Below are positions 16,210 to 26,208 of a DNA stretch of 62,478 nucleotides, piece by piece; position 1 is the first letter of the stretch, and each line of letters opens with the position of its first letter. Both the position numbers and the translations under genes were made by a program. Origin of the DNA: Gemmatimonadales bacterium. Its GTDB lineage: Bacteria; Gemmatimonadota; Gemmatimonadetes; Gemmatimonadales; GWC2-71-9. The notes below the pieces were generated by a model that did no database searches, had not been told where the DNA came from, and saw only the letters and a program-made list of their open reading frames with translations. Location: the NCBI GenBank assembly GCA_036002655.1, contig DASYTD010000139.1:1-62478 (forward strand). Direction: 5' to 3'.

Positions 16210-16988
16210 CCTAGCGGCAGTCCCAGGTACGCCACCATCCGGCCGTCGCGCCCACCGGACGCGCGATGCGAGAAAAACCGGTCGCGTCCTTCCGCGCTAC
16301 ACCACGGCGAGACCGAGACTTCCTCGATCCCGAGTTCCCGCGCTTGCTGCGCGAGCACCGCTCGCAAATCGAGTTGTACCGAACCGGACAAGCCGAAGCG
16401 CACGGCGACTTCAGAACCTACTTCATAACAATTGCCACAAATACCTACGCCGCAATGCATTACGATATCGCTCGCTTTGGCGAAACCGCGCCACTTCAAG
16501 AGCTCGACGCAGCGCCCTAAGACCCCGGCTGCGGTGCCCCGCCACCCCGCGTGCACCAGGGCGATCGCGCCTTTGTGCGGCACGGTGAGATACACCGGAA
16601 TGCAATCGGCGACGGTGACCGTGAGCAAGACGCCGCGATCGCTCGTCGCGTGGCCGTCCATGCCGTCGAGGATGAGCCATCCCTCGGGCAGCGTTTCGTG
16701 CCACTGCACTTCGGTCCCGTGTACCTGGTGCGACAGGACGATCGCCGGGAACCGGGCGCCAAACGCGGCGTGGAATGCCCGCCAGCGGCCGATGACCTGC
16801 CCGACCGGCTCGTCGCTCCAGAGTCCCAGACTCAACGGCCGGGTCGTAATGCCGGCCACCAAACCGTAGCGCTCGGCCCAGTCCGTCAGCTCGAGACGCG
16901 GGACGGCGGCATCGCCGACGGGGACCTCGGAAAGCGTCGGCACGTTGGAACGTGGGAACGATGGAACGGACTGTGACGTACCCTTCAC
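16206..16988 (-). CDS. pgeF: peptidoglycan editing factor PgeF / YfiH (laccase-domain protein)
   Basis: 260 aa. Contains [45 protein letters not shown] and CGNCYEVG. Confidence 0.85.
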   Translation of the reverse strand: MKGTSQSVPSFPRSNVPTLSEVPVGDAAVPRLELTDWAERYGLVAGITTRPLSLGLWSDEPVGQVIGRWRAFHAAFGARFPAIVLSHQVHGTEVQWHETLPEGWLILDGMDGHATSDRGVLLTVTVADCIPVYLTVPHKGAIALVHAGWRGTAAGVLGRCVELLKWRGFAKASDIVMHCGVGICGNCYEVGSEVAVRFGLSGSVQLDLRAVLAQQARELGIEEVSVSPWCSAEGRDRFFSHRASGGRDGRMVAYLGLPLG

Positions 16989-17028
16989 GTTCTCCCTTTC
17001 CCACTTTCCATCGTTCCATCGTTCCTCT
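16944..17028. repeat. inverted arrays of GGAAC-containing octamers flanking the murA stop / pgeF start
   Basis: Left arm: gttggaac gtgggaac gatggaac (16944-16967). Right arm: gttctccc tttcccac tttccatc gttccatc gttcctct (16989-17028). The right arm is the approximate reverse complement of the left. Confidence 0.75.
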
Positions 17029-18292
17029 CAATCTGCGCTCCCAATGCCTGGAGCCGCGTGTCGATGTGCTCGTAGCCCCGCTCGATTTGGCCGATGTTCT
17101 GAATCACGGAATCGCCCTGGGCGGCCAGCGCGGCGAGCAGCATGGCCATGCCGGCGCGGATGTCGGGGCTCTCGACCACCTGGCCACGCAATGGCGATGG
17201 GCCCGCGATCACGGCGCGGTGTGGATCGCACAACACGATGCGTGCTCCCATGCCGATCAACTTGTCCACGAAGAAGAGGCGCGACTCGAAGAGCTTTTCG
17301 AAGATGAGCAACAACCCTTCGCACTGCGTCGCGACGACAATAGCAATGGACATGAGGTCCGCGGGGAACGCGGGCCACGGCCCGTCCTCGAGCTTCGGGA
17401 CGTGGCCACCGAGATCCGGGCGGATGCGGCGTTCCTGATCGGCGTCCACGATGAGCTGCGTACCGTCGAGCCGCGGGCGTACCCCGAGTCGCTCGAAGGC
17501 GAGCAGTGTGGACCGCAGGTCGTCGCCGCGTACGCCGTCAATCGTTACCGCGCCACCGGTGACGGCCGCGAGCCCAATGAATGAGCCGATCTCGATGTGA
17601 TCGGGACCCACGGTGTGGGCCGCCGCCTGCAGCGGCCGGCCACCTTCGATCGTGAGCGTATTGGAGCCGACCCCATCGATGGCCGCGCCCAGCGCGACGA
17701 GAAACCGGGCGAGGTCCTGCACGTGGGGCTCCGACGCGGCATTGCGCAGCACCGTCGTGCCGGGAGCGCGCACGGCGGCCATGAGCGCGTTCTCGGTGCC
17801 GGTGACACTCGGCTCGTCGAGAAAGATGTCGGCGCTCTTGAGCTTCCCCTCGAGCTTGTACGCGTCGCCCAGGCTGACGTCCGCCCCGAGCCGCTCGAGC
17901 GCGAGAAAGTGCGTGTCGACGCGCCGGCGGCCGATGACGTCGCCCCCCGGCGGCGGCAGCGTGACTCGGCCGAAGCGCGCCAACATCGGTCCCGCGAGCA
18001 GAATCGACGCGCGGATTTCCTTGCACAGCGCGGGATCGAGCGGCTTCGGCTCGGTGTGACTGGTGTCCACTTCAACGGTGTTCGCGCCATGCCATTGCAC
18101 CGTCGCACCAACGTGCTGCAGCAACGCGAGCATCGTCTCCACGTCGCGAATGCGGGGAACGTTGTCAATGCGGCAGGGGCCGTCGGCGAGCAGCGTCGCC
18201 GCGAGAATCGGAAGGGCCGCGTTCTTGTTGCCTGCGGGGCGGATGGTGCCCGTCAACGGGCGCCCCCCCGTGACACGGAACGACGGTGGCAT
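16985..18292 (-). CDS. murA: UDP-N-acetylglucosamine 1-carboxyvinyltransferase MurA
   Basis: Begins [39 protein letters not shown] prefer the ATG at 18292 to the TTG at 18304 in the track, because that TTG lies inside the predicted -10 box. Confidence 0.9.
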   Translation of the reverse strand: MPPSFRVTGGRPLTGTIRPAGNKNAALPILAATLLADGPCRIDNVPRIRDVETMLALLQHVGATVQWHGANTVEVDTSHTEPKPLDPALCKEIRASILLAGPMLARFGRVTLPPPGGDVIGRRRVDTHFLALERLGADVSLGDAYKLEGKLKSADIFLDEPSVTGTENALMAAVRAPGTTVLRNAASEPHVQDLARFLVALGAAIDGVGSNTLTIEGGRPLQAAAHTVGPDHIEIGSFIGLAAVTGGAVTIDGVRGDDLRSTLLAFERLGVRPRLDGTQLIVDADQERRIRPDLGGHVPKLEDGPWPAFPADLMSIAIVVATQCEGLLLIFEKLFESRLFFVDKLIGMGARIVLCDPHRAVIAGPSPLRGQVVESPDIRAGMAMLLAALAAQGDSVIQNIGQIERGYEHIDTRLQALGAQIERNDGTMESGKGRT

Positions 18293-18302
18293 AGGTCCGC
18301 CC

Positions 18303-18332
18303 AAGCTACGAGGGCGCTTGCGCCTGCGTCAA
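18303..18332 (-). promoter_or_regulatory. sigma70-like promoter of murA
   Basis: Minus strand: TTGACG (18332->18327), 18 nt, TAGCTT (18308->18303), then 10 nt to the ATG at 18292. Confidence 0.4.
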
Positions 18333-18345
18333 GCGTTCGCGAACG

Positions 18346-19542
18346 TTGGCCCTCGTGCATCCTCTGCTCGCGCTGGCGCTCGTCATCGTCGCCGGCATCG
18401 GCGTCACACGACTGACGCGTCCCTCGCTTCATCATCCGTTGCTCGACGGCATCCTCGAAACCGGGGTACCGTTTGTCCTGCTCGGCGCGCTGCTCGGCCC
18501 CGGACTTGGCGTCTTCGACGCAGCGACGTTGCACGTTCTCGAGCCGGTCATCGCGATCGGCATCGGATGGGTCGGCGCATCGTTCGGGGCCCGACTGGAG
18601 TGGCGCATGCTGCGGCGCGTTTCCGGGCGGACGTGGCTCGTCGGTGCCGCCCTCGCGGTGCCCGTCTTGCTGACCACCGGTGCCACCGCATGGGCGCTGG
18701 CCCGCTCGGTGCGCCCGCTGGGGGACGCATGGGGTCGCCCCTTTGTCGCCATCGCGCTCATCCTGGCCGGGGCCGCAACCACCGCGGCCAGCTGGCGTGG
18801 GCCGAAACTCGGGCGCCGTAACGCGCTGCTCGATACGATGTTTGGAACGGCTGCGGCGGCCGTGGGAGTGGCGTTGTATCACCCGCATCTCGCGCTGCGC
18901 AGCATCGCGTTGACACTGATGGCGAGTGCCGCACTGGGCGGGCTCTTCGCAGGGATCGCGCGTTGGCAGGACAGCTGGAGCGACGTCGGTGTTGCGATTG
19001 CGCTGACCGGTGTGATTGTTTGGGGAGCCGGGTTCAGCTATGCGACGGCATTGTCGCCATTTGTCGTCTGCGCCCTCATCGCGGCCGTCGGCGTCAGCCT
19101 CGCCCCGGCTGCGGTTCGGCTGTCGGCACAGAAGGCGCTGCGCCGCTTGGAGATCCCGCTGTACGCGGCCTTCCTTATTATCGCCGGCGCGTTGCTGGGA
19201 CGTGTCACGATGTGGCTGCTTCCCGCGGCGATCTTGCTGGCCGTCCTCCGCGCCGCGGTCCGGTGGGTCACGGTGCGGTTTGGCCTCGACCAGATGGACC
19301 CGATCTGGAGGTCGCTGCCCTTCCCCGCACCTCGGGAATTCGCCTTTCCCGCCATGCGGCAAGGTGCGGCCGCCGTCGCACTGGCAGCCGGGTTCGACCT
19401 CATGCGCGATCCCGGGGTAGCCGGGGCGGGACCCGGGCGGGGCGCAGTATTGCTGACGATGCTGCTGAGCGTGCTGGCGGCCGAAGCGATTGTGGTGCTG
19501 ACCCCGTTGACAGCCGCGCCGCGTCACGCTGAGGTTACGTGA
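18346..19542 (+). CDS. polytopic membrane protein, cation:proton antiporter-like (family guess)
   Basis: 398 aa, about 11 hydrophobic segments. N-terminus LALVIVAGIGVTRL...PFVLLGALLGPGLGV resembles Na+/H+ exchanger family proteins. TTG start is uncertain (GTG at 18355 is an alternative). Confidence 0.55.
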   Translation: MALVHPLLALALVIVAGIGVTRLTRPSLHHPLLDGILETGVPFVLLGALLGPGLGVFDAATLHVLEPVIAIGIGWVGASFGARLEWRMLRRVSGRTWLVGAALAVPVLLTTGATAWALARSVRPLGDAWGRPFVAIALILAGAATTAASWRGPKLGRRNALLDTMFGTAAAAVGVALYHPHLALRSIALTLMASAALGGLFAGIARWQDSWSDVGVAIALTGVIVWGAGFSYATALSPFVVCALIAAVGVSLAPAAVRLSAQKALRRLEIPLYAAFLIIAGALLGRVTMWLLPAAILLAVLRAAVRWVTVRFGLDQMDPIWRSLPFPAPREFAFPAMRQGAAAVALAAGFDLMRDPGVAGAGPGRGAVLLTMLLSVLAAEAIVVLTPLTAAPRHAEVT

Positions 19543-19955
19543 TGCTCCCGACCTGGGTCGGCGTGGTGTCGGCGCTGAGTCTCGCGATTATCGCGCTCGC
19601 CGCCTTGGTCGCCGCCGGCGCCATCATCGCGGCGGCGCTGGGAATCCGCGCCGCCATCAAAGCGCTGAAGAACTTCGCCGGTCCCGCCATCGCGGATGTG
19701 CGGCAGCTCATCGGCTCGATAAAGACCGAAGCGGATGCCCTGGTGGGGGCTTCCCGCGACGTGCGGCAACGCATTGTGCGCGCGGCAGATGCAGCCGAGG
19801 AACGGCTCACCGACCTCGACGCCCTCGCCGAAGTCATGCAGGACGAGCTGGAGGAAACGGCATTGGACGCGGCCGCCACGATGCGGGACGTGCGCCGCGG
19901 ACTGTCGGTCTGGCGCTGGAGTCGCAAGCTCCTGAAAGGCAAGAAACGACGGTGA
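19539..19955 (+). CDS. membrane-anchored coiled-coil protein (DUF948/YtxH-like guess)
   Basis: 138 aa. One N-terminal TM helix, then an Ala/Glu/Arg-rich helical region. 4-nt overlaps with both neighbours. Confidence 0.5.
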   Translation: MMLPTWVGVVSALSLAIIALAALVAAGAIIAAALGIRAAIKALKNFAGPAIADVRQLIGSIKTEADALVGASRDVRQRIVRAADAAEERLTDLDALAEVMQDELEETALDAAATMRDVRRGLSVWRWSRKLLKGKKRR

Positions 19956-20872
19956 AGCGTCTGGGGGCCGCCGTCGCGCTCGCGCTGGTCGCGTTGGTGC
20001 TCTTCCCTGGCGTCGCCCACGCCTGGACACCGGGGACCCATATCTTTCTCGGCGAGTCGGTGCTCGCGAATCTGCACCAGCTCCCCACGCTCATCGCCGA
20101 CCTGCTGCGCGCGTTCCCCTACGATTTTCTCTACGGCAACATCGCCGCGGACACGTCGATGGCCAAGAAGTACGCCCCCGTCGGCCGGCATTGTCACGCG
20201 TGGCACGTGGGTCAGGAGATCTTCGACCTCGCGCCGAGCGATCCGTTGCGGGCGTTTGGGCTGGGCTACCTCTCGCATCTCGCCGCCGACACGATCGCCC
20301 ACAATTTCTTCGTCCCGCGCCAGCTCGTCCTCACGTCGAGCACGGTGGCGTTGGGCCACTCCTACTGGGAGAGCCGGTTCGAGACGCATCTCGGCGACGC
20401 GTACGCGCGCGAGGCGCGCGACGTCATCATGAAGGACCACGCGGCGAGCGACGCCCACCTCGACGAGATCTTGTCGCCTACGCTGTTCAGCGTCCGGACC
20501 AACCGGCGTCTGTTCCGCGGCATGGTGCACCTCACCGAGAGCCAAAGCTGGCAATGGGTGTTTCAGGTGATCGCCGGGACGAGCCGGTGGGATCTCGCCG
20601 ACTCCGACATCGAGCGGCACATGGCCGTCGCGTTCGAGTACGTCATGGAGACGCTCGGCGCCGACGCGAGCGATGCCGCCGCGCGCCGTCTGGATCCCGC
20701 GGGAGAAAAAGCGCTGGGCTTGGCGAAGCGGATGCGGCGACAGGCACTGCGGGAAGGCGGACGGCACGAGCCTGAGCGCGTCGAGGAAACCGCGCAGCAA
20801 CACTTTGGACTGCCGACGCCGGCGCTCGCGTACTGGAAGCAGTCGCGCGCGCAGCGTCCCTGGGAGAGCTAG
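19952..20872 (+). CDS. zinc-dependent phospholipase C / P1-nuclease-like family protein
   Basis: Signal peptide ending VAHA followed by WTPGTHIFLGE. His-rich motifs GRHCHAWH and YLSHLAADTIAHNFF. Confidence 0.55.
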   Translation: MKRLGAAVALALVALVLFPGVAHAWTPGTHIFLGESVLANLHQLPTLIADLLRAFPYDFLYGNIAADTSMAKKYAPVGRHCHAWHVGQEIFDLAPSDPLRAFGLGYLSHLAADTIAHNFFVPRQLVLTSSTVALGHSYWESRFETHLGDAYAREARDVIMKDHAASDAHLDEILSPTLFSVRTNRRLFRGMVHLTESQSWQWVFQVIAGTSRWDLADSDIERHMAVAFEYVMETLGADASDAAARRLDPAGEKALGLAKRMRRQALREGGRHEPERVEETAQQHFGLPTPALAYWKQSRAQRPWES

Positions 20873-22293
20873 GAGGCGAGCTTCTCCTCGAGGACGCGCT
20901 GGGCCAGCTTCGGATCCGCCTTGCCCTTGGACGCGCGCATCACCTGCCCTAAAAAGAAGGCCATCAACTTCGTTTCGCCGTTCTTGTAGCGCCCGACCTC
21001 CGGCGCATGGGCACCCAGCACGTCCGTCACCCAACCCGCCACGACATTCGTGTCCGCCACCTGAATGAGACCGAGGGATTCCGCGATGGTGCGGGGCTCC
21101 CCGCCTTTCGAGGCCACCTCGGCGAACACCCGCTTCGCCGCCTGATGACTCAGCGTACCGCCTTTGACGAGGGCGATGATTTGCGCGAGCGCCGCCGGGG
21201 GCACGCGGAGCTGCTCCTGATGATCCTTCGCATCCGCGAGCGCCTCCGTCATGACCCAGTTCGCGGATGCTTGCGGCTCGGCGCTGAGGCGCGCGGTGTT
21301 CTCGAAGTACTCGGCGATCGCGCGCGTGGCGGAGACGACCAGGGCGTGCTCGCGGCTGAGCCCGTAGCTCGCGATGAAACGATCGCGTTTGGCGGACGGC
21401 AACTCCGGCAGCTCACTCTGCTGCTCGGCGACGAATTCGGGCGTGAGCACCAGCGGCGGCAGATCGGGCTCCGGGAAGTAGCGGTAGTCGTGGCTCTCTT
21501 CCTTGGAGCGCTGCGGTCGCACCGAGTTCTCGCGCGAGTCGTACAGCATCGTCTGCTGCATCACGGTGCCGCCGGACTCCACGAGGGCGATCTGCCGGTC
21601 GCGTTCGACGCTCAACGCCTTCTCGACGAAGGCGAACGAATTGATGTTCTTCACCTCCGTGCGCGTGTGGAGCTCGGTCTCACCGGCGCGCCGGATCGAC
21701 ACGTTGGCATCGACGCGCAGGCTGCCTTTCTCCATGTCGCAGTCGGAGATGCCGATGTATTCGAGCATCTGCTTCAGCGTTTGCAGATAGGCGCGCGCCT
21801 CCGCCGGCGAGCGCAGATCGGGTCCGCCCACGATCTCGATGAGCGGCACGCCGGAGCGGTTGAGATCCACCGCCGTCGCTTTGGCGAACCGATCGTGAAT
21901 GGACTTGCCGGCGTCCTCCTCGAGGTGCAGCCGCACGATCGTGGCGCTCACGATCCCCAGTTCGGGAGAGACGAACACCAGCGTCCCGTTGGTCGCGAGC
22001 GGTTGATCGAACTGCGAGATCTGGTAGCCTTTCGGCAGGTCGGGATAGAAATAGTTCTTGCGCGCGAAGATGCTTCTGGGATGCACCGTGCAGCCGAGGG
22101 CGAGCGCGCCGCGGACGGCGAGGCCGATCGCCGCGCCGTTGGCAACGGGGAGCGCACCCGGTAACCCCAGGCAGACGGGACAGACCTGCGTGTTGGGTGG
22201 CGCGCCGAACGCGGTGGAGCAGCCGCAAAACATCTTCGAGCGCGTGCGCAGCTGCACGTGCGTCTCGAGCCCGATGATCGTTTCCCAGCTCAT
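20869..22293 (-). CDS. gatB: Asp/Glu-tRNA(Asn/Gln) amidotransferase subunit B
   Basis: 474 aa. Begins WETIIGLETHVQL...KMFCGC and has a C-terminal YqeY-like tail. Confidence 0.95.
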   Translation of the reverse strand: MSWETIIGLETHVQLRTRSKMFCGCSTAFGAPPNTQVCPVCLGLPGALPVANGAAIGLAVRGALALGCTVHPRSIFARKNYFYPDLPKGYQISQFDQPLATNGTLVFVSPELGIVSATIVRLHLEEDAGKSIHDRFAKATAVDLNRSGVPLIEIVGGPDLRSPAEARAYLQTLKQMLEYIGISDCDMEKGSLRVDANVSIRRAGETELHTRTEVKNINSFAFVEKALSVERDRQIALVESGGTVMQQTMLYDSRENSVRPQRSKEESHDYRYFPEPDLPPLVLTPEFVAEQQSELPELPSAKRDRFIASYGLSREHALVVSATRAIAEYFENTARLSAEPQASANWVMTEALADAKDHQEQLRVPPAALAQIIALVKGGTLSHQAAKRVFAEVASKGGEPRTIAESLGLIQVADTNVVAGWVTDVLGAHAPEVGRYKNGETKLMAFFLGQVMRASKGKADPKLAQRVLEEKLAS

Positions 22294-23660
22294 CAGGCTT
22301 CGTCCGTCCCCGGGATGGCACGCTCGAGCGCGTAGGCCGCCTCGATCATTTCGTCTTCGAGAAATGCCTGGCCAATCAGCTGGCCGCCGATCGGCAGGCC
22401 TTTCACGCGTCCGATCGGAACGGAGATCGCCGGCAAGCCGGCGAGGTTCGCCGTCACGGTGAAAATGTCGGAGAGATACATGGCGATCGGATCGTCGAGT
22501 TTTTCCCCCGCTTTGAACGCCGGCGTCGGCGTGGTCGGGGTGAACAGCAGATCCACGCCGCGGTCGAACACGTTCCGGAAATCCTGGGCGATCAGCGCCC
22601 GCATCTGCTGCGCGCGGCGATAGTAGGCGTCGTAGTAGCCGGACGAGAGCACATAGGTACCCACGAGAATGCGCCGCCGCACTTCCGGGCCAAAACCCTC
22701 ACCGCGCGTCGAGCGATACAGCGAGCGGAGATCCGCCGCGCCGTTGAAGCGCGGGCCGTAGCGGACGCCGTCGTAGCGCGCGAGGTTCGACGATGCCTCG
22801 GCAGGCGCGATAACGTAGTACGTGGGAACAGCATAGGGGGTGTGCGGCAGCGACACGTCGCGCACCGCGGCCCCCTGCTCCTTCATGAGGCGCACCGCGC
22901 GCTCACAGGCCCGGCGCACCGCGGGATCGAGCTCCGGCGGGAAATACTCGCGCGGCAGGCCGATCACGAAGCCCTGGAGCGATTCCGGAACCGTCGGCAG
23001 CCGCAACGGATCGCGGTCCTCGCAGGTCGCATCCCGTGGATCGCGGCCGCTGATGACGGAGAGCACGCGCGCGGCGTCGTGCACGCTGCGGCCCAGCACG
23101 CCGATCTGGTCGAGCGATGAGCCGAACGCGACGAGCCCATAGCGGGAGACGCGCCCGTAGGTCGGCTTGATCCCCACGACGCCGCAAAACGACGCGGGCT
23201 GCCGCACCGAACCGCCGGTCTCCGAGCCGAGCGCGGCGGGCAGGACCCCCGCGCCCACGAGTGCGGCCGAACCTCCCGAGGATCCGCCGGGCACCCGCGC
23301 CTTATCCAGGGGATGCAGGACTCGGCCGTAGGCGGAATGCTCCGTGGACGAGCCCATGGCGAATTCGTCGCAGTTGGTCTTTCCCGCGATCAGCGCACCG
23401 GCGGCCTTGAGCTTCGACACCGCCGTCGCCTCATAAGGCGAGCGATACCCTTCGAGAACGCGTGACCCGCAGCTGGTCGTGAATTCCAGCGTGCAGATGT
23501 TGTCCTTCACGGCGACGGGCATGCCGTACAGCACGCCGGTCGGACGCGCGGCGGTTTCCTGCGCGATCAGCGATTTCCGAAGATCCTTGGGAGGGGTGAG
23601 CAGCGCGTTGAGGCGCTTGGCCTTCACCAGGCGGTCCGCGACCGCTTTGGCGTCGCTCAC
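22293..23660 (-). CDS. gatA: Glu-tRNA(Gln) amidotransferase subunit A
   Basis: 455 aa. Amidase signature GGSSGGSAALV. Confidence 0.95.
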   Translation of the reverse strand: MSDAKAVADRLVKAKRLNALLTPPKDLRKSLIAQETAARPTGVLYGMPVAVKDNICTLEFTTSCGSRVLEGYRSPYEATAVSKLKAAGALIAGKTNCDEFAMGSSTEHSAYGRVLHPLDKARVPGGSSGGSAALVGAGVLPAALGSETGGSVRQPASFCGVVGIKPTYGRVSRYGLVAFGSSLDQIGVLGRSVHDAARVLSVISGRDPRDATCEDRDPLRLPTVPESLQGFVIGLPREYFPPELDPAVRRACERAVRLMKEQGAAVRDVSLPHTPYAVPTYYVIAPAEASSNLARYDGVRYGPRFNGAADLRSLYRSTRGEGFGPEVRRRILVGTYVLSSGYYDAYYRRAQQMRALIAQDFRNVFDRGVDLLFTPTTPTPAFKAGEKLDDPIAMYLSDIFTVTANLAGLPAISVPIGRVKGLPIGGQLIGQAFLEDEMIEAAYALERAIPGTDEA

Positions 23661-23950
23661 TCGAACTGGCCGAGCTTCGGCACGACGAAGAAGCCCTCCT
23701 TGAATGCCGGCGCGAACTCCTCCGGGCCGAAGGCGAGTGGGAACGGCGCGACTTCGTCGGGGCGAAACCGGATCGCGTCCGGTCCGGGAACGAACGTCTT
23801 CACCGTTCCATTGGCGGGCACCGCGCTGAGTTGCGCGACGTAGTCGAGGATGCGCGACATCTGTTCAGCCAGCGCCGGCAGCGTCTCTTCGTCCACATCC
23901 AGCTCCGCGAGCTGCGCGATACGGAGTACTTCATCCCGCGTAACGCTCAT
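23657..23950 (-). CDS. gatC: Asp/Glu-tRNA amidotransferase subunit C
   Basis: 97 aa. Contains VLRIAQLAELDVDEETL...ILDYV. Sits in gatCAB order. Confidence 0.9.
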   Translation of the reverse strand: MSVTRDEVLRIAQLAELDVDEETLPALAEQMSRILDYVAQLSAVPANGTVKTFVPGPDAIRFRPDEVAPFPLAFGPEEFAPAFKEGFFVVPKLGQFE

Positions 23951-26208
23951 GCACCCTCTCCCTCCCAGTCGCGCTCGAGGCCCGCGTAGGCCACGAGCAA
24001 TTGCTTTGTCCCGATGTCCGGATCGTCGAAGTCCACGCTCACACGCAGGTCCCGGCCTTCGCCCGAGACTGCGCGGACGATGCCACCGCCAAACTTGCGG
24101 TGGCGAACCCGTTCCCCTTTCACGTAGCGAGGCGCGTCCTGCGACACTTCCTCAGGAAATCCGATGTCCGGCGGCAAGCGCCTCGCCGCGGCGCCACGGG
24201 GGCGTGACGCGCGCGGAGGCATTGCTCCCGACGTCCCTCGTACGGGCCGCCACGACGGCGTCGTACTCCGTTCCTCGACGACGTGCGGCGGCAGTGCATC
24301 GAGAAAGCGCGACGGCTCCGCCAGCTCCAACCGTCCGTTGCGGTAGCGCGTGCGCGCCCATGAGAGATACAACCTTTCGCGCGCGCGCGTGAGACCCACG
24401 TAACAGAGTCGTCGCTCCTCCTCGACGCCGCCCGGCTCGTTGGCCGCGCGACCGAGCGGGAACAATCCATCTTCGAGACCCGCGAGTGCGACGATCGGCC
24501 ACTCGAGACCCTTCGCCATGTGCGCGGTGAGCAGCGTGACGCCCGGCTCGTCGCGATCTTCGTCCGCCGGTGTGACGAGCGCCGCCTGCGTGAGGTAGCG
24601 CTCCACCGGACTGCCGCCGTTTTCGGCGGCATCGGGGTCCTGCACCTCGGCCCACGCCGCCGCGCCGGCCACCAACTCCCGCACGTTTTCGATCCGCTCC
24701 ATCCCCTCCGCGCCTTCCTCGGCCAGATACTGCTCGTAGCCCGTGGTGGCGAGGATGGTCTCGAGTGCGGTGGCGGGGTCCGCCTGCCCCACCGCCTCGC
24801 GCAGCCGGTCCAGCAGCGACGCTACGCCGACGAGCGCCTCGCGCACGTTGGGGCGCAGCTCGGTCATGCTGGGGGCGCGACGCGCGGCCTCCAGCAGCGG
24901 CTTCTGCCACCCCATCGCGGTCCGGCCCACCACCGCGAGCGACGCATCCCCGATTCCGCGCCGGGGCACGTTGACCACTCGGAGGAAGGCCTCATCGTCA
25001 GCCGGGTTGGCGATCAGGCGCAGATAGGCCAGCAGATCCTTGACCTCCCGCCGCTCGTAGAAGCTGATCGCGCCGATCAGGCGGTACGGGATGCCCCGGA
25101 AGCGGAATGCCTCTTCGAGCGGCCGGGACTGGGCATTGGTGCGGTATAAAATCGCCATCTCGTCGTAGGCGACGTCGTCGTCCGCAGCCCGCCTGGTGAA
25201 CTCGTTGGCCAGCCACTCGGCCTCGTCGCGCTCGTCGGCCGTGCTGAGCAGCGTGACCGGGGCTCCGCCTTTCTTCTCGGTGAACAGCGTCTTCCCGAGC
25301 CTAGCGGTGTTCTCCGCAATGATCCCATTGGCGGCGTCGAGGATCACCTGGGTAGACCGGTAGTTCTGCTCGAGCCGGACCAGCTTCGTGCCGGGAAAGT
25401 CCTCCTCAAATGCGAGCATGTGACGCACGTCGGCCCCGCGCCAGCCGTAGATCGCCTGATCGTCGTCTCCCACGACGCAGAGATTGCCGTGCCGCTTGGC
25501 CAGATGCTTCACGAGCAGGTACTGCGCCGCATTCGTGTCCTGAAACTCATCCACGAGGACGTGCTGAAACCGGTCCTGCCAGTAGGCGAGCCGCTCGGGA
25601 TGCTCGCGGAAGAGCGTGAGCGGGTGAAGCAGCAGGTCGTCGAAATCCATCGCATTGGCCTGCTGCAAGGCGGGCCCGAGCGCCGCGTAGATGTCAGCCG
25701 CCACCTTGACGAGCGGGGTGTCCGCTTGCGCGCCCAATTCCTCGGGCAGCAGCATGCGGTTCTTGGCGCTCGAAATCACCGCGTGCACGGTCCGGGGCGG
25801 GTACGCCTTGGGCGATAGCTGGCGCGCCTCGAGGAGGCGCCTGACCAGCGCCTCGGAGTCGTCTGCGTCGTAGATCGTGAAGTTCGGCCCGAATCCCAGC
25901 AGCGGCGACTCGCGGCGCAGCAAGCGGGCCGATAAAGAATGAAACGTGCCGATCCAGAGCCCGCGGGGATCGGAGCCCAGCAGCTGCGCGATGCGGGTGC
26001 GCATCTCCCCCGCCGCTTTGTTCGTGAACGTCACCGCGAAGATCCGCTGCGGCGCGACGCCGAGTTGTGTGATGAGCTGCGCGATTCGCGCCGTGAGCAC
26101 GCGCGTCTTGCCTGATCCGGCTCCGGCGAGCACGAGGAGCGGACCGCCTGGATGCTCCACCGCCTCCCGCTGCGCGGGATTCAACGGCAACGGAGGCGAT
26201 GCCGTCAT
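23947..26208 (-). CDS. ATP-dependent DNA helicase, UvrD/PcrA family
   Basis: Start set to MTASPPLPLNPAQREAV...AGAGSGKT (ATGA overlap with the kinase stop). The 42-codon upstream extension in the track overlaps the kinase gene. Helicase motifs FTNKAAGEM, VDEFQDTN and TAHMAKGLEW. Confidence 0.9.
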   Translation of the reverse strand: MTASPPLPLNPAQREAVEHPGGPLLVLAGAGSGKTRVLTARIAQLITQLGVAPQRIFAVTFTNKAAGEMRTRIAQLLGSDPRGLWIGTFHSLSARLLRRESPLLGFGPNFTIYDADDSEALVRRLLEARQLSPKAYPPRTVHAVISSAKNRMLLPEELGAQADTPLVKVAADIYAALGPALQQANAMDFDDLLLHPLTLFREHPERLAYWQDRFQHVLVDEFQDTNAAQYLLVKHLAKRHGNLCVVGDDDQAIYGWRGADVRHMLAFEEDFPGTKLVRLEQNYRSTQVILDAANGIIAENTARLGKTLFTEKKGGAPVTLLSTADERDEAEWLANEFTRRAADDDVAYDEMAILYRTNAQSRPLEEAFRFRGIPYRLIGAISFYERREVKDLLAYLRLIANPADDEAFLRVVNVPRRGIGDASLAVVGRTAMGWQKPLLEAARRAPSMTELRPNVREALVGVASLLDRLREAVGQADPATALETILATTGYEQYLAEEGAEGMERIENVRELVAGAAAWAEVQDPDAAENGGSPVERYLTQAALVTPADEDRDEPGVTLLTAHMAKGLEWPIVALAGLEDGLFPLGRAANEPGGVEEERRLCYVGLTRARERLYLSWARTRYRNGRLELAEPSRFLDALPPHVVEERSTTPSWRPVRGTSGAMPPRASRPRGAAARRLPPDIGFPEEVSQDAPRYVKGERVRHRKFGGGIVRAVSGEGRDLRVSVDFDDPDIGTKQLLVAYAGLERDWEGEGA

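Noticed and set aside
18253-19527. 424-aa minus-strand ORF antisense to the antiporter-like gene
   Set aside because: The composition is junk-like (runs of R, Q, G, D). The plus strand encodes a coherent polytopic membrane protein.
19535-21034. 499-aa minus-strand ORF overlapping the DUF948-like and phospholipase-C-like genes
   Set aside because: The translation is Arg/Gly/Ala-rich with no motifs. The plus-strand frames have a signal peptide, TM helix and His-rich metal motifs. Long antisense ORFs are expected at this GC content.
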